Below are positions 1 through 10,351 of a stretch of DNA of 64,000 nt, piece by piece. Numbering within the stretch: the first letter of the stretch is position 1; every line of letters begins with the position of its first letter. The position numbers and the translations under genes were made by a program. Source of the stretch: a bacterium. GTDB taxonomy: Bacteria; Patescibacteriota; Patescibacteriia; JAGPKW01. The notes beneath the pieces are model-generated. The model ran no database searches. It saw only the letters and a program-made list of their open reading frames with translations, and was not told the DNA's origin. The stretch spans positions 5,631 to 69,630 of the forward strand of contig JAJXYN010000009.1 in assembly GCA_021780535.1 (NCBI GenBank), in the 5' to 3' direction.

Positions 1-1803
1 TTGTGTCATAGTAACACCTTGCCCAAAAGAGGCTGTTGCAAGATAAATATCACCTCCAGTACCTCCCATTTTATCTAAATTTCTCATATCTCCTTTAGCT
101 TCTGCACCTAATTCAATTCCTGTCTTTTGACCAAATCCAAAATTATTTACATAAGTTTTAAAATTATCCTTACCTACTTTGCTTGCAACATAGTAAGCTC
201 CAAGATTCAAAGATTTATCAAGCACATCAACCATGCCAGTTACGCCATGAGCACCGACTGTTGAATTATCAGCATTACATATAGGCTTTTTCCAATCACC
301 AATTTTAGCACACCCCGTATCTTCATAAGTAGAATACGCATTTATAACTCCTAAATCTATTCCTGCAGACATTGTCATAACTTTCATAACAGAACCGAAT
401 TCTACTTGATCTGAGACTATAGGATTATTATACAAAGACATATCACTAACTTGACCATATTTATTAGCATCAAACGTAGGATTATTACACATAGCTAAAA
501 CATCTCCTGTTTTTGGATTCATTACAAGTATTGATCCACCTTCTGCTTGATAAAGCTTTACAGCATCATCAAGCTCCTTACAAACATCATATTGGATAGA
601 TTTATCTATTGTCAAAACTAAACTAGTTCCATTTTTGGCTTCTTGTACGCTTCTATCTGCTGTTGCTATAAGTTTTCCAGATGAATCATATTTTCCGGTA
701 ATCTTACCGTCTATACCTTTCAAATCTTTATCAAAATATCCTTCTACACCATAAACACCCTCTCCGTATTTATCAGATTTTATTGAACCATCTTGTAATG
801 TGGTTTCTTTTTCTTTTATTTTTAAAAATCCTGTTATCTGACTAAAAATATTAGAATCCACATACAATCTGCTTTCATTTTTTTCAAATGTTAAAAAATT
901 TTTATAAAAATTTTTTATTTGAGATTCTTTCGTTTGGCTATTTAATGATGAAATATAAGCACTAAATGTACTATAATATAAATCTTGAAAATAACTTGAT
1001 ATCTTTTGCATTTGGTCTTCTTCAATATCTTTTTTTATTACTTCATAACCATTATTTTCTTTTGTTATTTTAGAATATATATCCTCTCTTGCGGTTTTTA
1101 ATAAATCTAAATTTTTTTTGGTTTCATCATCAATTTTTAAAGCCATATTAATACCAAAAAGAGAATCCTCTAAAGTTTTTTTTGTTTTTTGATTTTTTGT
1201 AATTTTAATTTTTTGTTCTGTTTCTGTTTTTTGATCTGATAATGTTTTCAATTTCAATTCTTGATCTTTTAGTTTATATAAATCTGGATATAGAATTTCT
1301 AATAACTTATCCGTTGTCGTGTCTGGATTGTTTAATAAAACTAATTTATTTTCTATTTCTGCTTTTTCTACAACCGTACTATTCCCAAGTATATTAAACA
1401 TTTCATCAGACATTTTACCATAATTATAAAGCATCCGAGGATTAAATATAATATTATATTTATAAACATTTACTGCTATTTTGTCTAATTTATCAATATT
1501 TGATGCATTATAAGTTTTTATTGATTTTAAATCTACATTTTTATCAGAAATAACATATATCTCTCCCCTTTTTGCTGGTATTTTTTCAATCATATCTTGA
1601 TATTGGCTTGCTTCAACTTTATAATCATTATATTTTATTATTTGCATAAAAAATAGCCTTCCTGCAATTACCATAAATATAAATAACAAAAAGACTTTAA
1701 AAACAAGAATTCTATTAATTCCAAAATTAACTTCTATATTTCCAAAAATAGACTCACTATTTTTTTTACTTGATTTTAAAAATGATTTTTTTTGATAATG
1801 CAT
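1..1803 (-). CDS. ftsI: Penicillin-binding protein (FtsI/PBP2-type transpeptidase), runs off the window start
   Basis: Manual translation from ATG at 1803: MHYQKK..., TM helix, RLFFMQII...IPAKRGEIY, GVYGVEGYFD, LVLTIDK, GSILVMNPKTGDVLAMC, SxxK (GSVMK), SxN (KSLN). Follows mraZ-rsmH-ftsL. Confidence 0.9.
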   Translation of the reverse strand, partial: MHYQKKSFLKSSKKNSESIFGNIEVNFGINRILVFKVFLLFIFMVIAGRLFFMQIIKYNDYKVEASQYQDMIEKIPAKRGEIYVISDKNVDLKSIKTYNASNIDKLDKIAVNVYKYNIIFNPRMLYNYGKMSDEMFNILGNSTVVEKAEIENKLVLLNNPDTTTDKLLEILYPDLYKLKDQELKLKTLSDQKTETEQKIKITKNQKTKKTLEDSLFGINMALKIDDETKKNLDLLKTAREDIYSKITKENNGYEVIKKDIEEDQMQKISSYFQDLYYSTFSAYISSLNSQTKESQIKNFYKNFLTFEKNESRLYVDSNIFSQITGFLKIKEKETTLQDGSIKSDKYGEGVYGVEGYFDKDLKGIDGKITGKYDSSGKLIATADRSVQEAKNGTSLVLTIDKSIQYDVCKELDDAVKLYQAEGGSILVMNPKTGDVLAMCNNPTFDANKYGQVSDMSLYNNPIVSDQVEFGSVMKVMTMSAGIDLGVINAYSTYEDTGCAKIGDWKKPICNADNSTVGAHGVTGMVDVLDKSLNLGAYYVASKVGKDNFKTYVNNFGFGQKTGIELGAEAKGDMRNLDKMGGTGGDIYLATASFGQGVTMTQ

Positions 1804-2143
1804 AATCTAAAAACAAAAGCTAAAACATTTTGTATTAATTAATTGTTAGTTTATTTTATCACATTATACACATCTGCGAAACCCTCCTTTGCCAAATTAT
1901 TTGCATGAAGTTTTGGATATTAAAAAATATTTTAGCAATAAAAATAAAAACACCAAGGGACAAACTTGATGTTTTTGGCACGACAAACGTAAATTAAGCT
2001 ATTTTTAATATCTACTTTTATAATTTAATATAAAAATACATTTGTATTACTTTTTGTTTTGGTTAGATATGTAAATTAGCTTTTAAAGAGAGATTAAACT
2101 TTTTAAAGAAATTAATCTCCTACTAAAAACAAATTACTTTTAA

Positions 2144-2458
2144 TTATTTCATAGCAACACTTGGCATTGAATCTATGTAATCTATTTTATCAACCTTGAC
2201 CATTTTTTTTGCTTCTCCAAATTGCTCTATAGATGCCATATTTGTAACATTTGATAATTCAAGTGTTAATTTTTTATTTTCTTCTTCTAATGTTTTAATA
2301 TTTTTTTCAACTTCAGATATTTTAAATCCAGAAACTGATAATTTACTCATACTAATCATATATGTTGAAAACCCAATAAATATAAGCACCCACATAAAAA
2401 CCATAACTGTTACTTTTTTACTTAAAATGATTTTTCTATATTTTTCTACTTGATCCAT
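2144..2458 (-). CDS. ftsL: FtsL-like cell division protein
   Basis: Short cytoplasmic N-terminus, one TM helix and a coiled coil; lies between rsmH and ftsI. Confidence 0.7.
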   Translation of the reverse strand: MDQVEKYRKIILSKKVTVMVFMWVLIFIGFSTYMISMSKLSVSGFKISEVEKNIKTLEEENKKLTLELSNVTNMASIEQFGEAKKMVKVDKIDYIDSMPSVAMK

Positions 2459-2478
2459 TTTTTTTTATTAGCTTTTTG

Positions 2479-3417
2479 TTATATTTTTTCTATAATTCTT
2501 AACTTAGAACTTCTAGATCTTGGATTATCTTTTATTTCTTCGTCGCTTGGAATTATAGGTTTTTTATTTACTAATTTTATTTTCTTTTTGTGATTACATA
2601 TACATATCGGAATATCTGGATCACACAAACAGTCTGTAGATTCTTTTTTAAAGAAATTTTTTACTATCCTATCTTCTAGAGAATGGAATGTTATTATGGC
2701 TAATCTACCACCACTCTTTAGAGAATTTATTGCGTCTGGCAATACATTTTCTAGATTCTCAAGTTCATGATTAACTTCTATTCTTAAAGATTGAAATACT
2801 TTAGTTGCTGGATGTATTTTATCTTTAGATGTTCTTTTTTTTGCTTTTAGTATTACCCTTACCAAATCATCTGTCGTTTTAATTTGTTTTATTTTTCTTT
2901 CTTCAATGATTTTTTTTGCTATATAATATGCTTTTTCTTCCTCTCCATAATCCCTAAATATTTTTATTAATTCTTCAATAGAATAATTATTAACTATATA
3001 TTCAGCATTAAATTTTTCTTTTCCAGAAAAAGACATATCTAATGGATTATTCCCCTTGAAACTAAACCCTCTAGTCTCATCATCTAACTCATAAGACGAT
3101 AATCCTAAATCCATTAATACCCCATCAACCTCTTTTATTTTAATATTTTCTAAATTTTCTTTTAAATTTACAAAGTTGTCATTAATTAAAATATAATCTT
3201 TTTGTTCTTTGTAATCAGCTAAAATCTTTTTTGCATTTTTGATTGAAGCTGGATCAAGATCAAAAGCTATCAACTTTCCTTTTGGTGAAATATTATCCAA
3301 AATTGCTTTTGAATGACCAGCCCCACCAAGAGTACAGTCAACTATCTTTTGTCCTTGCTTCAAATTCAATCCCTCTATACATTCATTAAATAATACCGAA
3401 ATGTGTTTGTATTCCAT
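2479..3417 (-). CDS. rsmH: 16S rRNA m4C1402 methyltransferase
   Basis: HISVL, DCTLGGAGHS, DLGLSS, HPATKVFQSLRIEVN, FHSLEDRIVK, NPRSRSSKLR. Confidence 0.97.
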   Translation of the reverse strand: MEYKHISVLFNECIEGLNLKQGQKIVDCTLGGAGHSKAILDNISPKGKLIAFDLDPASIKNAKKILADYKEQKDYILINDNFVNLKENLENIKIKEVDGVLMDLGLSSYELDDETRGFSFKGNNPLDMSFSGKEKFNAEYIVNNYSIEELIKIFRDYGEEEKAYYIAKKIIEERKIKQIKTTDDLVRVILKAKKRTSKDKIHPATKVFQSLRIEVNHELENLENVLPDAINSLKSGGRLAIITFHSLEDRIVKNFFKKESTDCLCDPDIPICICNHKKKIKLVNKKPIIPSDEEIKDNPRSRSSKLRIIEKI

Positions 3418-3461
3418 AATTATTTATCTGGACACATTATAATGTGTCCTTATATTATTTA

Positions 3462-3893
3462 TTAAATGCCTAAACCTTCCATTGATTCTGCTATTTCTTC
3501 TGTTTTACCAGACATTTCTTTTTCGTGTTTATTCCATATTACTTCATCCCATATTTCTATTCTTTCAGCAACACCAGCCACTACAACATTTTTTTCCAAC
3601 TTAGCAAATTCTCTTAAATATTCTGGCAATATTACTCTTCCTTGGCCATCAATTTCTAAATCCATAGCTCCACTTGTCATATGTCTTTTAAATTCTCTAG
3701 CGTTCTTATTTGTAAGAGGAAGAGAATTTAATTTTATAGACATTTTCTCCCATTCTGAGTTTGTATAAATAAATAAACAACCATCAAGTCCCTTTGTAAT
3801 CACCAAACCTTTTTCAAGTTCGCCTCTAAATTTTTTTGGAACAGAGAGACGTCCCTTTTCGTCAATTGTATGATGATATTCACCAATAAACAT
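3462..3893 (-). CDS. mraZ: Transcriptional regulator MraZ
   Basis: MFIGEYHHTIDEKGRLSVP and IDGQGRVILP (two DxxGR motifs). Confidence 0.97.
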   Translation of the reverse strand: MFIGEYHHTIDEKGRLSVPKKFRGELEKGLVITKGLDGCLFIYTNSEWEKMSIKLNSLPLTNKNAREFKRHMTSGAMDLEIDGQGRVILPEYLREFAKLEKNVVVAGVAERIEIWDEVIWNKHEKEMSGKTEEIAESMEGLGI

Positions 3894-3917
3894 TGCTTTT
3901 TGTTAATTATTTAATTT

Positions 3918-3957
3918 CCCACTTTTTACCACCTTTTACCACATTGGTTCCATTATA
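3918..3957 (-). promoter_or_regulatory. MraZ operator (GTGG boxes at 10-bp period) with a TATAAT -10 element
   Basis: Minus strand TATAATGGAACCAATGTGGTAAAAGGTGGTAAAAAGTGGG; CCAC at 3919, 3929 and 3939. Confidence 0.8.
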
Positions 3958-4086
3958 CTACTTTTTTAGCATCATAACAACACATATAATCCACAATTTT
4001 TATAATTTTACACAATAAAAAAATACCTAATAATAGGCATTTTTAATTTAATTGTTACTAAATTGTTATTAAAAAAGTGACTTTTC

Positions 4087-4095
4087 TGTGGATAA
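4087..4095 (-). promoter_or_regulatory. DnaA box upstream of the dcw cluster
   Basis: Perfect TGTGGATAA (=TTATCCACA). A one-mismatch TAATCCACA lies at 3987-3995. Confidence 0.55.
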
Positions 4096-4103
4096 CTTCA
4101 ATT

Positions 4104-7100
4104 TTACGCCCCGATTCCCCTGTTATTTGATTTTTCTTTTTTATGAAAATACCTCATTACATCACCATATCTTTTTGATTCTTTATATCTCTTTATTAGA
4201 TCAATATTTTCTAGAAATTTTGTTATTTCAATATAATCAGATTTTTCTTTATAATTAACCATTGACACTATTGTTTTAAAAAATCCTTCAAAATCTTCTT
4301 TAGCCGATCTGGTATATTCTTGATCTTCTGGTAATTTTCTCGCTAATGCGAGCATCCCCCATAGTAGTCCCATTATTACATTATCTTGTTTTTTAACTAT
4401 TGGTGGAGATGCTAAAATACCAGTTGCTATAAGATTTTTATTTGTTCCATATGTTGTTATTCCTGAATCTTTGTATCTTATTTCGTCTATCCATGTCTTA
4501 CCATCTTGATTTGTCATATAGACTATTTCTACTGGTTTATCGTCTAACATCGTAAGAAATGTTTCTGATATTATTTTTCCAAAATATGAAGTATCTTCAA
4601 ACACATCTCTACTAACAAAGTCTGATTTAAAATTAGGGATTAAAGAATTTGGGCATTTTAGTTTATCAAGTCTAAGAATGTTAAAAATATTTACTTTAAA
4701 TTCTTCAAGTGTTTTAACAATACCAATTTCATCTAATCTTTTTTTCCAATGAATCATTGCTTCTGTATCAAAATACCAAAATGATGAAATACTTGACGGA
4801 CTATCTATTTTTATTTCTTGTTCAATAGTATAAGAACCTAGCGTATATGGGTTTTGTTTTTTGGTTTTAACGTCAACTAAGCTAAATAGGTTATTTATAA
4901 CATCTCCTACTAAATCACCACTTAAATCTTCTTCATAACTTATATCTTCCACTTCTTGTTTTTTTATTTCTTCTATTTTACTTAATATTTTTGGATGTAA
5001 TTTTTCTATTTGGACACCTTCTGTTACTTCCAAGCTAGCCTCATCACCTTCTATTTTTAATAACCCTTTCCCAAAAAATTTTGTTTCTTTTGAAATATAT
5101 GCCCTAAATCTATCAACCCCTATTTCGTTTATAGATATTAATCTTGGATATACATTTTTTCCATCATCAACATAACACAAAATAATATCGTCTTTTCCTT
5201 TTTCTTTTAATAAACTAGAAAAATAAAATATTTTCCCATCAATCTCTAAAGAAGAAGTTGGTTTAAGAACTTCACTAGAAGATAACAATTGAAAGGTTTG
5301 AACATTTTGCCTAAAAGATATTAAATTTTTAGAAATATCACTTAATCTTTGAAATAGAGTCTTATAATTATTATCAAAACTATATGTTGAAATTCTATCT
5401 ATACAAAATTCTGAATAATTTTTGAGAAGATTTTTATCATTTAAAAAGTCTAATTGCCCCATTGAATTGTCTAAAAACGGACCAGCTACAACCTCCTCGA
5501 CTATGTCTTTAGTTTCGCTCTCTACTACCTCTATCGTGCTCTCTTTTTTCTTAGCTACGTCTTCTTTTTTTGTTGCTTTAATTTTTTCTATTATTTCATT
5601 ATACAAAGCCTCATTAATAATACTTTTTTTATCAATTTTAATAAGCATTCCTCTTATTTTTATAATTCCATTTGCTTTTAGCTTATCCATAAATTCTTTA
5701 TCAAATTCTGGATATTTTTCTCCAAATAAAGAAATAAAAAATACCTTACCATCTCCTGTGTAATTTATATATCCATCAAATCCGTTACAAATTAATAAAT
5801 CTGTCAAACTTTTAGTAAAAGGAGTATTTTTTTGTACAAAAATCTTCCCAAAATTATCTGAATTAATTATGTTTTCTGGCTTAATTTTATATTTTTCAAA
5901 TTGTTTTATTAATTCATTATGTTCAATAAATAATTGAATCTTTCTACTTTTGCTAATTAACCAACCTAAACCAGTTCTTTTTTCTAATTCTAATTGAATG
6001 TCTCTAGCATTTAATCCAGATTGTTTTAGTTTTAATTTTTCTTCAAAATATACTTCTTCTAATCTAATAATATAATCTGGAAATATTACATCTCTTCCTT
6101 CTAATTCTGTTTCAAATTGTTTCTTATACTGTAAAATTAGATCATTATCTGTAATATTTATTAATCCAATTTCTATCAATTCTTCATCTGTTAGTTCTAT
6201 AAATTCTAAAGGTATTCTTGGATTGTTATGAAAATATTTTTCTTTAAGACTATTACAATTTAAAATTTTTTCTAAATTATTTGGATTAATAAATTTTGTA
6301 TATCCGTATAATTTTTTGTGCGATATGTTAAAATCATGGGGAGACATTTTAAAATCACCGTAATCTTCAAATTTATAATATTTATCGTCTTCTCTATTTA
6401 TGAATCTAACAATTTCTTTAATGAATGCAAAATTCTTTTTTGTTAATATATTCACTCCTTCATATTTTAATGGATTTTCTTTTTTTAATTTATCCAAATC
6501 ATTTATTAACCCCAATTTCAACATAAGAGAGAACATTTGTCTTGTAGCACAATTGCCTTTTGTTGATTCTTGACCATGATGATCTAATGTTGACATCATA
6601 TATTTTGAGTCATATCTTGGCCCAGTTGTCTTAAAAATATTTAATCCATCCATTTGAGATAAATCTGAAACTAAAACTTTTGGCAAATTTGCCAAGACGT
6701 CTTCATTTATACTACCATCTTCATTCAAATATTTTGTAAAATTATTTTTGTAAAAAATACTTCCATCATCTGTTTTATTTTCACCTTTTTCATTTATTTG
6801 TTCATAATTAAACTTTGAAAAATTTAATCCTACTATTTTACATAAAAATAAAACACCTTTTGCATCTAAATCCATTTTTTCATGGACAGCAATACCAGTG
6901 AACGCTTCTTTTATCTCATCCATAAAAGCTTTTCTTCTTTCTCTTTTTGGCAATTTTGAAATATTTTTTAAATGATCTTCATATTTTTTTCTTTCTTCTG
7001 GATCTTTTATGGTCTTTGCCTTTTGCTGAAATAAAAATATTGCAAATTCAAAAGGAGCAAATTTAGATTTAATAATTTCAAACTTCCCAAATTCTTCTTT

Positions 7101-7985
7101 TTTTTCTAACTTTTCAGACTCAATTGGAGTTTCTTTAGGAATTTCTTTATCTTTTTTTAAATCATTATCAACCACTATAGATAACGACATTAATTCTTTT
7201 TCTAGTTTATCTTTTAATTCTTTTTTTGGATTTCCAGCTAATACTACTTTTCCAATTTTTGTTTTTTTTAATTCCAATATTAAAAGATCTATCTCTTTGT
7301 CTTCAAAATCTTCTAAATTTAATTTTATAATAAAACCCGCCTTATCAATTATGCTCAAATAATTTTTTAAAAAACTAAAAATCCCTCTAGCTTCTTTTTC
7401 TTCATTGGTTTTTTTATCTTTAAACTTATATTTTTTACAAAAATAACTAAGATCAATCTTATTTAATTTTGATTCTTGTATTAATTTTATAAGTAAATTT
7501 TTTACATCTGGCCCAATATCCCTCTTTTTAGTATTTTTTATGTAATCTATAACAAAAAAATCGTCTTCTATATGTGATTTAAAAATATTTTTTCCACTAA
7601 TCTTACCATCTAGCCCATATTTCTTTATTAGATCTTCAATATTTTCTTTATTTTCTTTTATAGATTCTTCTTTTTTACTTGTATCATCCGGTATTTCTCC
7701 GTCATATTCATATATGTATCCAGAAACTTTATTTATTTTATAATTTTTTGGCTTTTCTTGAATATTATCTTTTTTTTCTTCTTGTTCAACATTAATACCA
7801 TACCTTTCTATAAAAGTATTTTTTAAATTGTCTGTCTCTATTCTATCTATTTTAGAACCTATCACTCTGCCTACAGCAGTTTCTATACCACCTGCTTTTT
7901 CTAAATCTATTGATAGTCTATCTAATTCTGACATGCCAGAATATTTTTCTTTTTTTGAATTTTTTTTAAAAAAATCTAAACCCAT
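4104..7985 (-). CDS. Large hypothetical protein with an internal DHH phosphoesterase-like domain
   Basis: 1293 aa ORF; ordered motifs AVHEKMDLDAKG, VLVSD, STLDHHGQ, CATRQMF. Confidence 0.6.
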   Translation of the reverse strand: MGLDFFKKNSKKEKYSGMSELDRLSIDLEKAGGIETAVGRVIGSKIDRIETDNLKNTFIERYGINVEQEEKKDNIQEKPKNYKINKVSGYIYEYDGEIPDDTSKKEESIKENKENIEDLIKKYGLDGKISGKNIFKSHIEDDFFVIDYIKNTKKRDIGPDVKNLLIKLIQESKLNKIDLSYFCKKYKFKDKKTNEEKEARGIFSFLKNYLSIIDKAGFIIKLNLEDFEDKEIDLLILELKKTKIGKVVLAGNPKKELKDKLEKELMSLSIVVDNDLKKDKEIPKETPIESEKLEKKEEFGKFEIIKSKFAPFEFAIFLFQQKAKTIKDPEERKKYEDHLKNISKLPKRERRKAFMDEIKEAFTGIAVHEKMDLDAKGVLFLCKIVGLNFSKFNYEQINEKGENKTDDGSIFYKNNFTKYLNEDGSINEDVLANLPKVLVSDLSQMDGLNIFKTTGPRYDSKYMMSTLDHHGQESTKGNCATRQMFSLMLKLGLINDLDKLKKENPLKYEGVNILTKKNFAFIKEIVRFINREDDKYYKFEDYGDFKMSPHDFNISHKKLYGYTKFINPNNLEKILNCNSLKEKYFHNNPRIPLEFIELTDEELIEIGLINITDNDLILQYKKQFETELEGRDVIFPDYIIRLEEVYFEEKLKLKQSGLNARDIQLELEKRTGLGWLISKSRKIQLFIEHNELIKQFEKYKIKPENIINSDNFGKIFVQKNTPFTKSLTDLLICNGFDGYINYTGDGKVFFISLFGEKYPEFDKEFMDKLKANGIIKIRGMLIKIDKKSIINEALYNEIIEKIKATKKEDVAKKKESTIEVVESETKDIVEEVVAGPFLDNSMGQLDFLNDKNLLKNYSEFCIDRISTYSFDNNYKTLFQRLSDISKNLISFRQNVQTFQLLSSSEVLKPTSSLEIDGKIFYFSSLLKEKGKDDIILCYVDDGKNVYPRLISINEIGVDRFRAYISKETKFFGKGLLKIEGDEASLEVTEGVQIEKLHPKILSKIEEIKKQEVEDISYEEDLSGDLVGDVINNLFSLVDVKTKKQNPYTLGSYTIEQEIKIDSPSSISSFWYFDTEAMIHWKKRLDEIGIVKTLEEFKVNIFNILRLDKLKCPNSLIPNFKSDFVSRDVFEDTSYFGKIISETFLTMLDDKPVEIVYMTNQDGKTWIDEIRYKDSGITTYGTNKNLIATGILASPPIVKKQDNVIMGLLWGMLALARKLPEDQEYTRSAKEDFEGFFKTIVSMVNYKEKSDYIEITKFLENIDLIKRYKESKRYGDVMRYFHKKEKSNNRGIGA

Positions 7986-7993
7986 TTTATTTT

Positions 7994-9331
7994 TTAATCT
8001 CTTAACACTTCCAATAATTCTTTTATATTGTTTACTTCTATTATCTTATCATTTTTTTCATTTTTATTTAATTTTGTTTTGGGGATAATTATTTTTGAAA
8101 ATCCCATTTTATTTATTTCTTTTATTCTAGATTCCATACTTGGCACCGATCTTATTTCTCCAGATAATCCTATCTCTCCAAATATACATATATTGCTAGC
8201 TATTTCTTTATTTAAATAGGCAGACATAATAGCTGAACAAACTGCTAGATCTATACCTGTGTCTTTCGGATTAACACCCCCTACAACATTTATATAGATA
8301 TCAAAATTAAATAACTCCAATCCTATTTTTTTGGTAAGAACCGCAATAATAACCTCTAATCTATTCATAGAAAATCCTGAAGTTGTTCTCTTTGGATATC
8401 CAAATGCTGTTTTTGAAATAAGAGCTTGTACTTCTATTAAAAATGGCCTCGTACCTTCTTGAATACAAGTTACTATATTGCCTTTTTCTTGGTTTTCTTT
8501 ATCCATAAATATTTCCATCGGATTTAAAACTTCGGATAATCCAGTTTCTTCCATAGAAAATATTCCAACTTCATTTGTATTGCCAAATCTATTTTTTATA
8601 GATCTTAATATTCTAAAATTTTTATATTTCTGAGCTTCAAAATATAAAACAACGTCAACCATATGTTCTAACATCTTCGGCCCACCAATCCCACCATCTT
8701 TTGTTATGTGCCCTATTATTATTATTGATATATTTAATCTTTTTGAAACTTCTAAAATCTTAGATGTGCATGCTTTTATTTGATTTGTAGAGCCAAGACT
8801 ATTATCTATTTCATTTGAGTATATTGTTTGTATAGAATCTATAATGACTAGCTTTGGTAAATTTTTTTCTATTGTTGCTATTATGTTTTCAACTACAATA
8901 TCGCCAGAAAATTTAATATTATCCGATTTGCAATCAAGTCTATCTAATCTACCTTTTATTTGTTCTTTTGTTTCCTCTCCTGAAACATACAAAACAAAAT
9001 CTTCATTTATTTTTGAAGCTATTTGCATAACAAGAGTTGACTTGCCTATTCCTGGTTGACCAGCTAGTAATATAAGAGACCCGGGCACTATGCCACCTCC
9101 AAAAACTAAATCAACTTCGTTTATATTTGTTTTTATTCTTTTTAAACTAGAAGAGTTGACTGTGGATAAATCTATAAGATCGGAAACTTTACTTTTTATA
9201 TCAGTTCCTTTTTTAGACCCTGTTGGTATTTTAGAAACTTCTTCTACCTCTGACAATTCCCAATTTCCACACTCATTACATCTTCCTTGCCATTTTTTAT
9301 ATTGGTAGCCACATTTTGTACATTCAAACAT
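7994..9331 (-). CDS. radA: DNA repair protein RadA/Sms
   Basis: C4 zinc finger, GQPGIGKST, IDSIQ, KNRFG, Lon-like C-terminus GEIGLSGEIR. Confidence 0.97.
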   Translation of the reverse strand: MFECTKCGYQYKKWQGRCNECGNWELSEVEEVSKIPTGSKKGTDIKSKVSDLIDLSTVNSSSLKRIKTNINEVDLVFGGGIVPGSLILLAGQPGIGKSTLVMQIASKINEDFVLYVSGEETKEQIKGRLDRLDCKSDNIKFSGDIVVENIIATIEKNLPKLVIIDSIQTIYSNEIDNSLGSTNQIKACTSKILEVSKRLNISIIIIGHITKDGGIGGPKMLEHMVDVVLYFEAQKYKNFRILRSIKNRFGNTNEVGIFSMEETGLSEVLNPMEIFMDKENQEKGNIVTCIQEGTRPFLIEVQALISKTAFGYPKRTTSGFSMNRLEVIIAVLTKKIGLELFNFDIYINVVGGVNPKDTGIDLAVCSAIMSAYLNKEIASNICIFGEIGLSGEIRSVPSMESRIKEINKMGFSKIIIPKTKLNKNEKNDKIIEVNNIKELLEVLRD

Positions 9332-9423
9332 AAAAAAATGAGTTAAATTATTAAACTTAAACTATTTTACTTAATATTATTTTATATTTTATCATTTTTT
9401 AATTATTATTAATAATTAAAAAT

Positions 9424-9454
9424 CCCCCAAAAACAATCAAATGTTTTTAGGGGG
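9424..9454 (-). terminator. Hairpin downstream of orphan gene
   Basis: CCCCCAAAAACA...TGTTTTTAGGGGG inverted repeat. Confidence 0.55.
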
Positions 9455-9465
9455 TATGCAGGCTC

Positions 9466-10272
9466 TTAGCTAGGCTTTTGCTTTACACTAAGAACCAACA
9501 TCTCTCTTTCTTTTAAAGATAAGGCACTTTGTAACCGTAATATTTCTTCATCTTTTTTCATAATTTCCCTTCTCATGTCGCTTATCTCTTTTTCTTTTTG
9601 AGAGGAAGAAATAATTATTCTGATAAAATCTATTTTATCATTATAAAATTTCTCTTTTACTAATAAATCTTTAATTATACTATCCCCTATATCTTTTGGG
9701 AAAAGTATTAAATCCCAGAAATTTATTGATTTTTGTGTGACGGCAGACTTTAAATAGAATGTTATTTGATTAATCAGTTGATCAGCATTAATTTTATAAC
9801 TAAATATATTCCCATTATTTTTCATTTCAAATACGTCATTCTTATTTTCTCCCAAATCTCCTAAATCAACACGAATAGAGTCCAAATAAGTAAAAGCTAC
9901 TGATTTGCTCACTCTTATTTTTGATCTAAGATTTTTATTACTTACAACATCTATTAACTTTTCTTTTGACAAACTTAAAATATTAAATATTCTCGTTGCT
10001 AATTGAAATTCCGCTAATTGGTTACTCGCTATCCTATCCTTTATTATTTTAACATTAATGTCATTCAAAAAATTGATTGATTTTCCAATTATCGCCAATA
10101 GACATTTGTAGAATAAAAATGGTTCGAAAAAAACAGCCACTTTATCGTGCATAACTCTTGACGAAATATCATTAAAAAATGAATATGAATTAAATATTGA
10201 TATATTTATAAAACCGTCAGGAGTGGCTGTCACTTCTATTCTTTGGTAGTCATCGGGATCGATCTCTGCCAT
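9466..10272 (-). CDS. Orphan hypothetical protein with C-terminal coiled coil
   Basis: Start moved to ATG 10272 (MAEIDP) because AAGGAGGGAG precedes it. Confidence 0.7.
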   Translation of the reverse strand: MAEIDPDDYQRIEVTATPDGFINISIFNSYSFFNDISSRVMHDKVAVFFEPFLFYKCLLAIIGKSINFLNDINVKIIKDRIASNQLAEFQLATRIFNILSLSKEKLIDVVSNKNLRSKIRVSKSVAFTYLDSIRVDLGDLGENKNDVFEMKNNGNIFSYKINADQLINQITFYLKSAVTQKSINFWDLILFPKDIGDSIIKDLLVKEKFYNDKIDFIRIIISSSQKEKEISDMRREIMKKDEEILRLQSALSLKEREMLVLSVKQKPS

Positions 10273-10351
10273 ACTCCCTCCTTTCAAAGAGTTTTTAGGA
10301 ACAAAAATATTAGTTGCTTTATTTAACAACAAATTTAATAAAAAGTCAATT

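Noticed and set aside
3960-4100. Replication origin
   Set aside because: Only two DnaA-like boxes, no dnaA/dnaN nearby, and no switch in gene strand.
9161-9169. Perfect DnaA box
   Set aside because: It is isolated inside the radA coding sequence and expected by chance.
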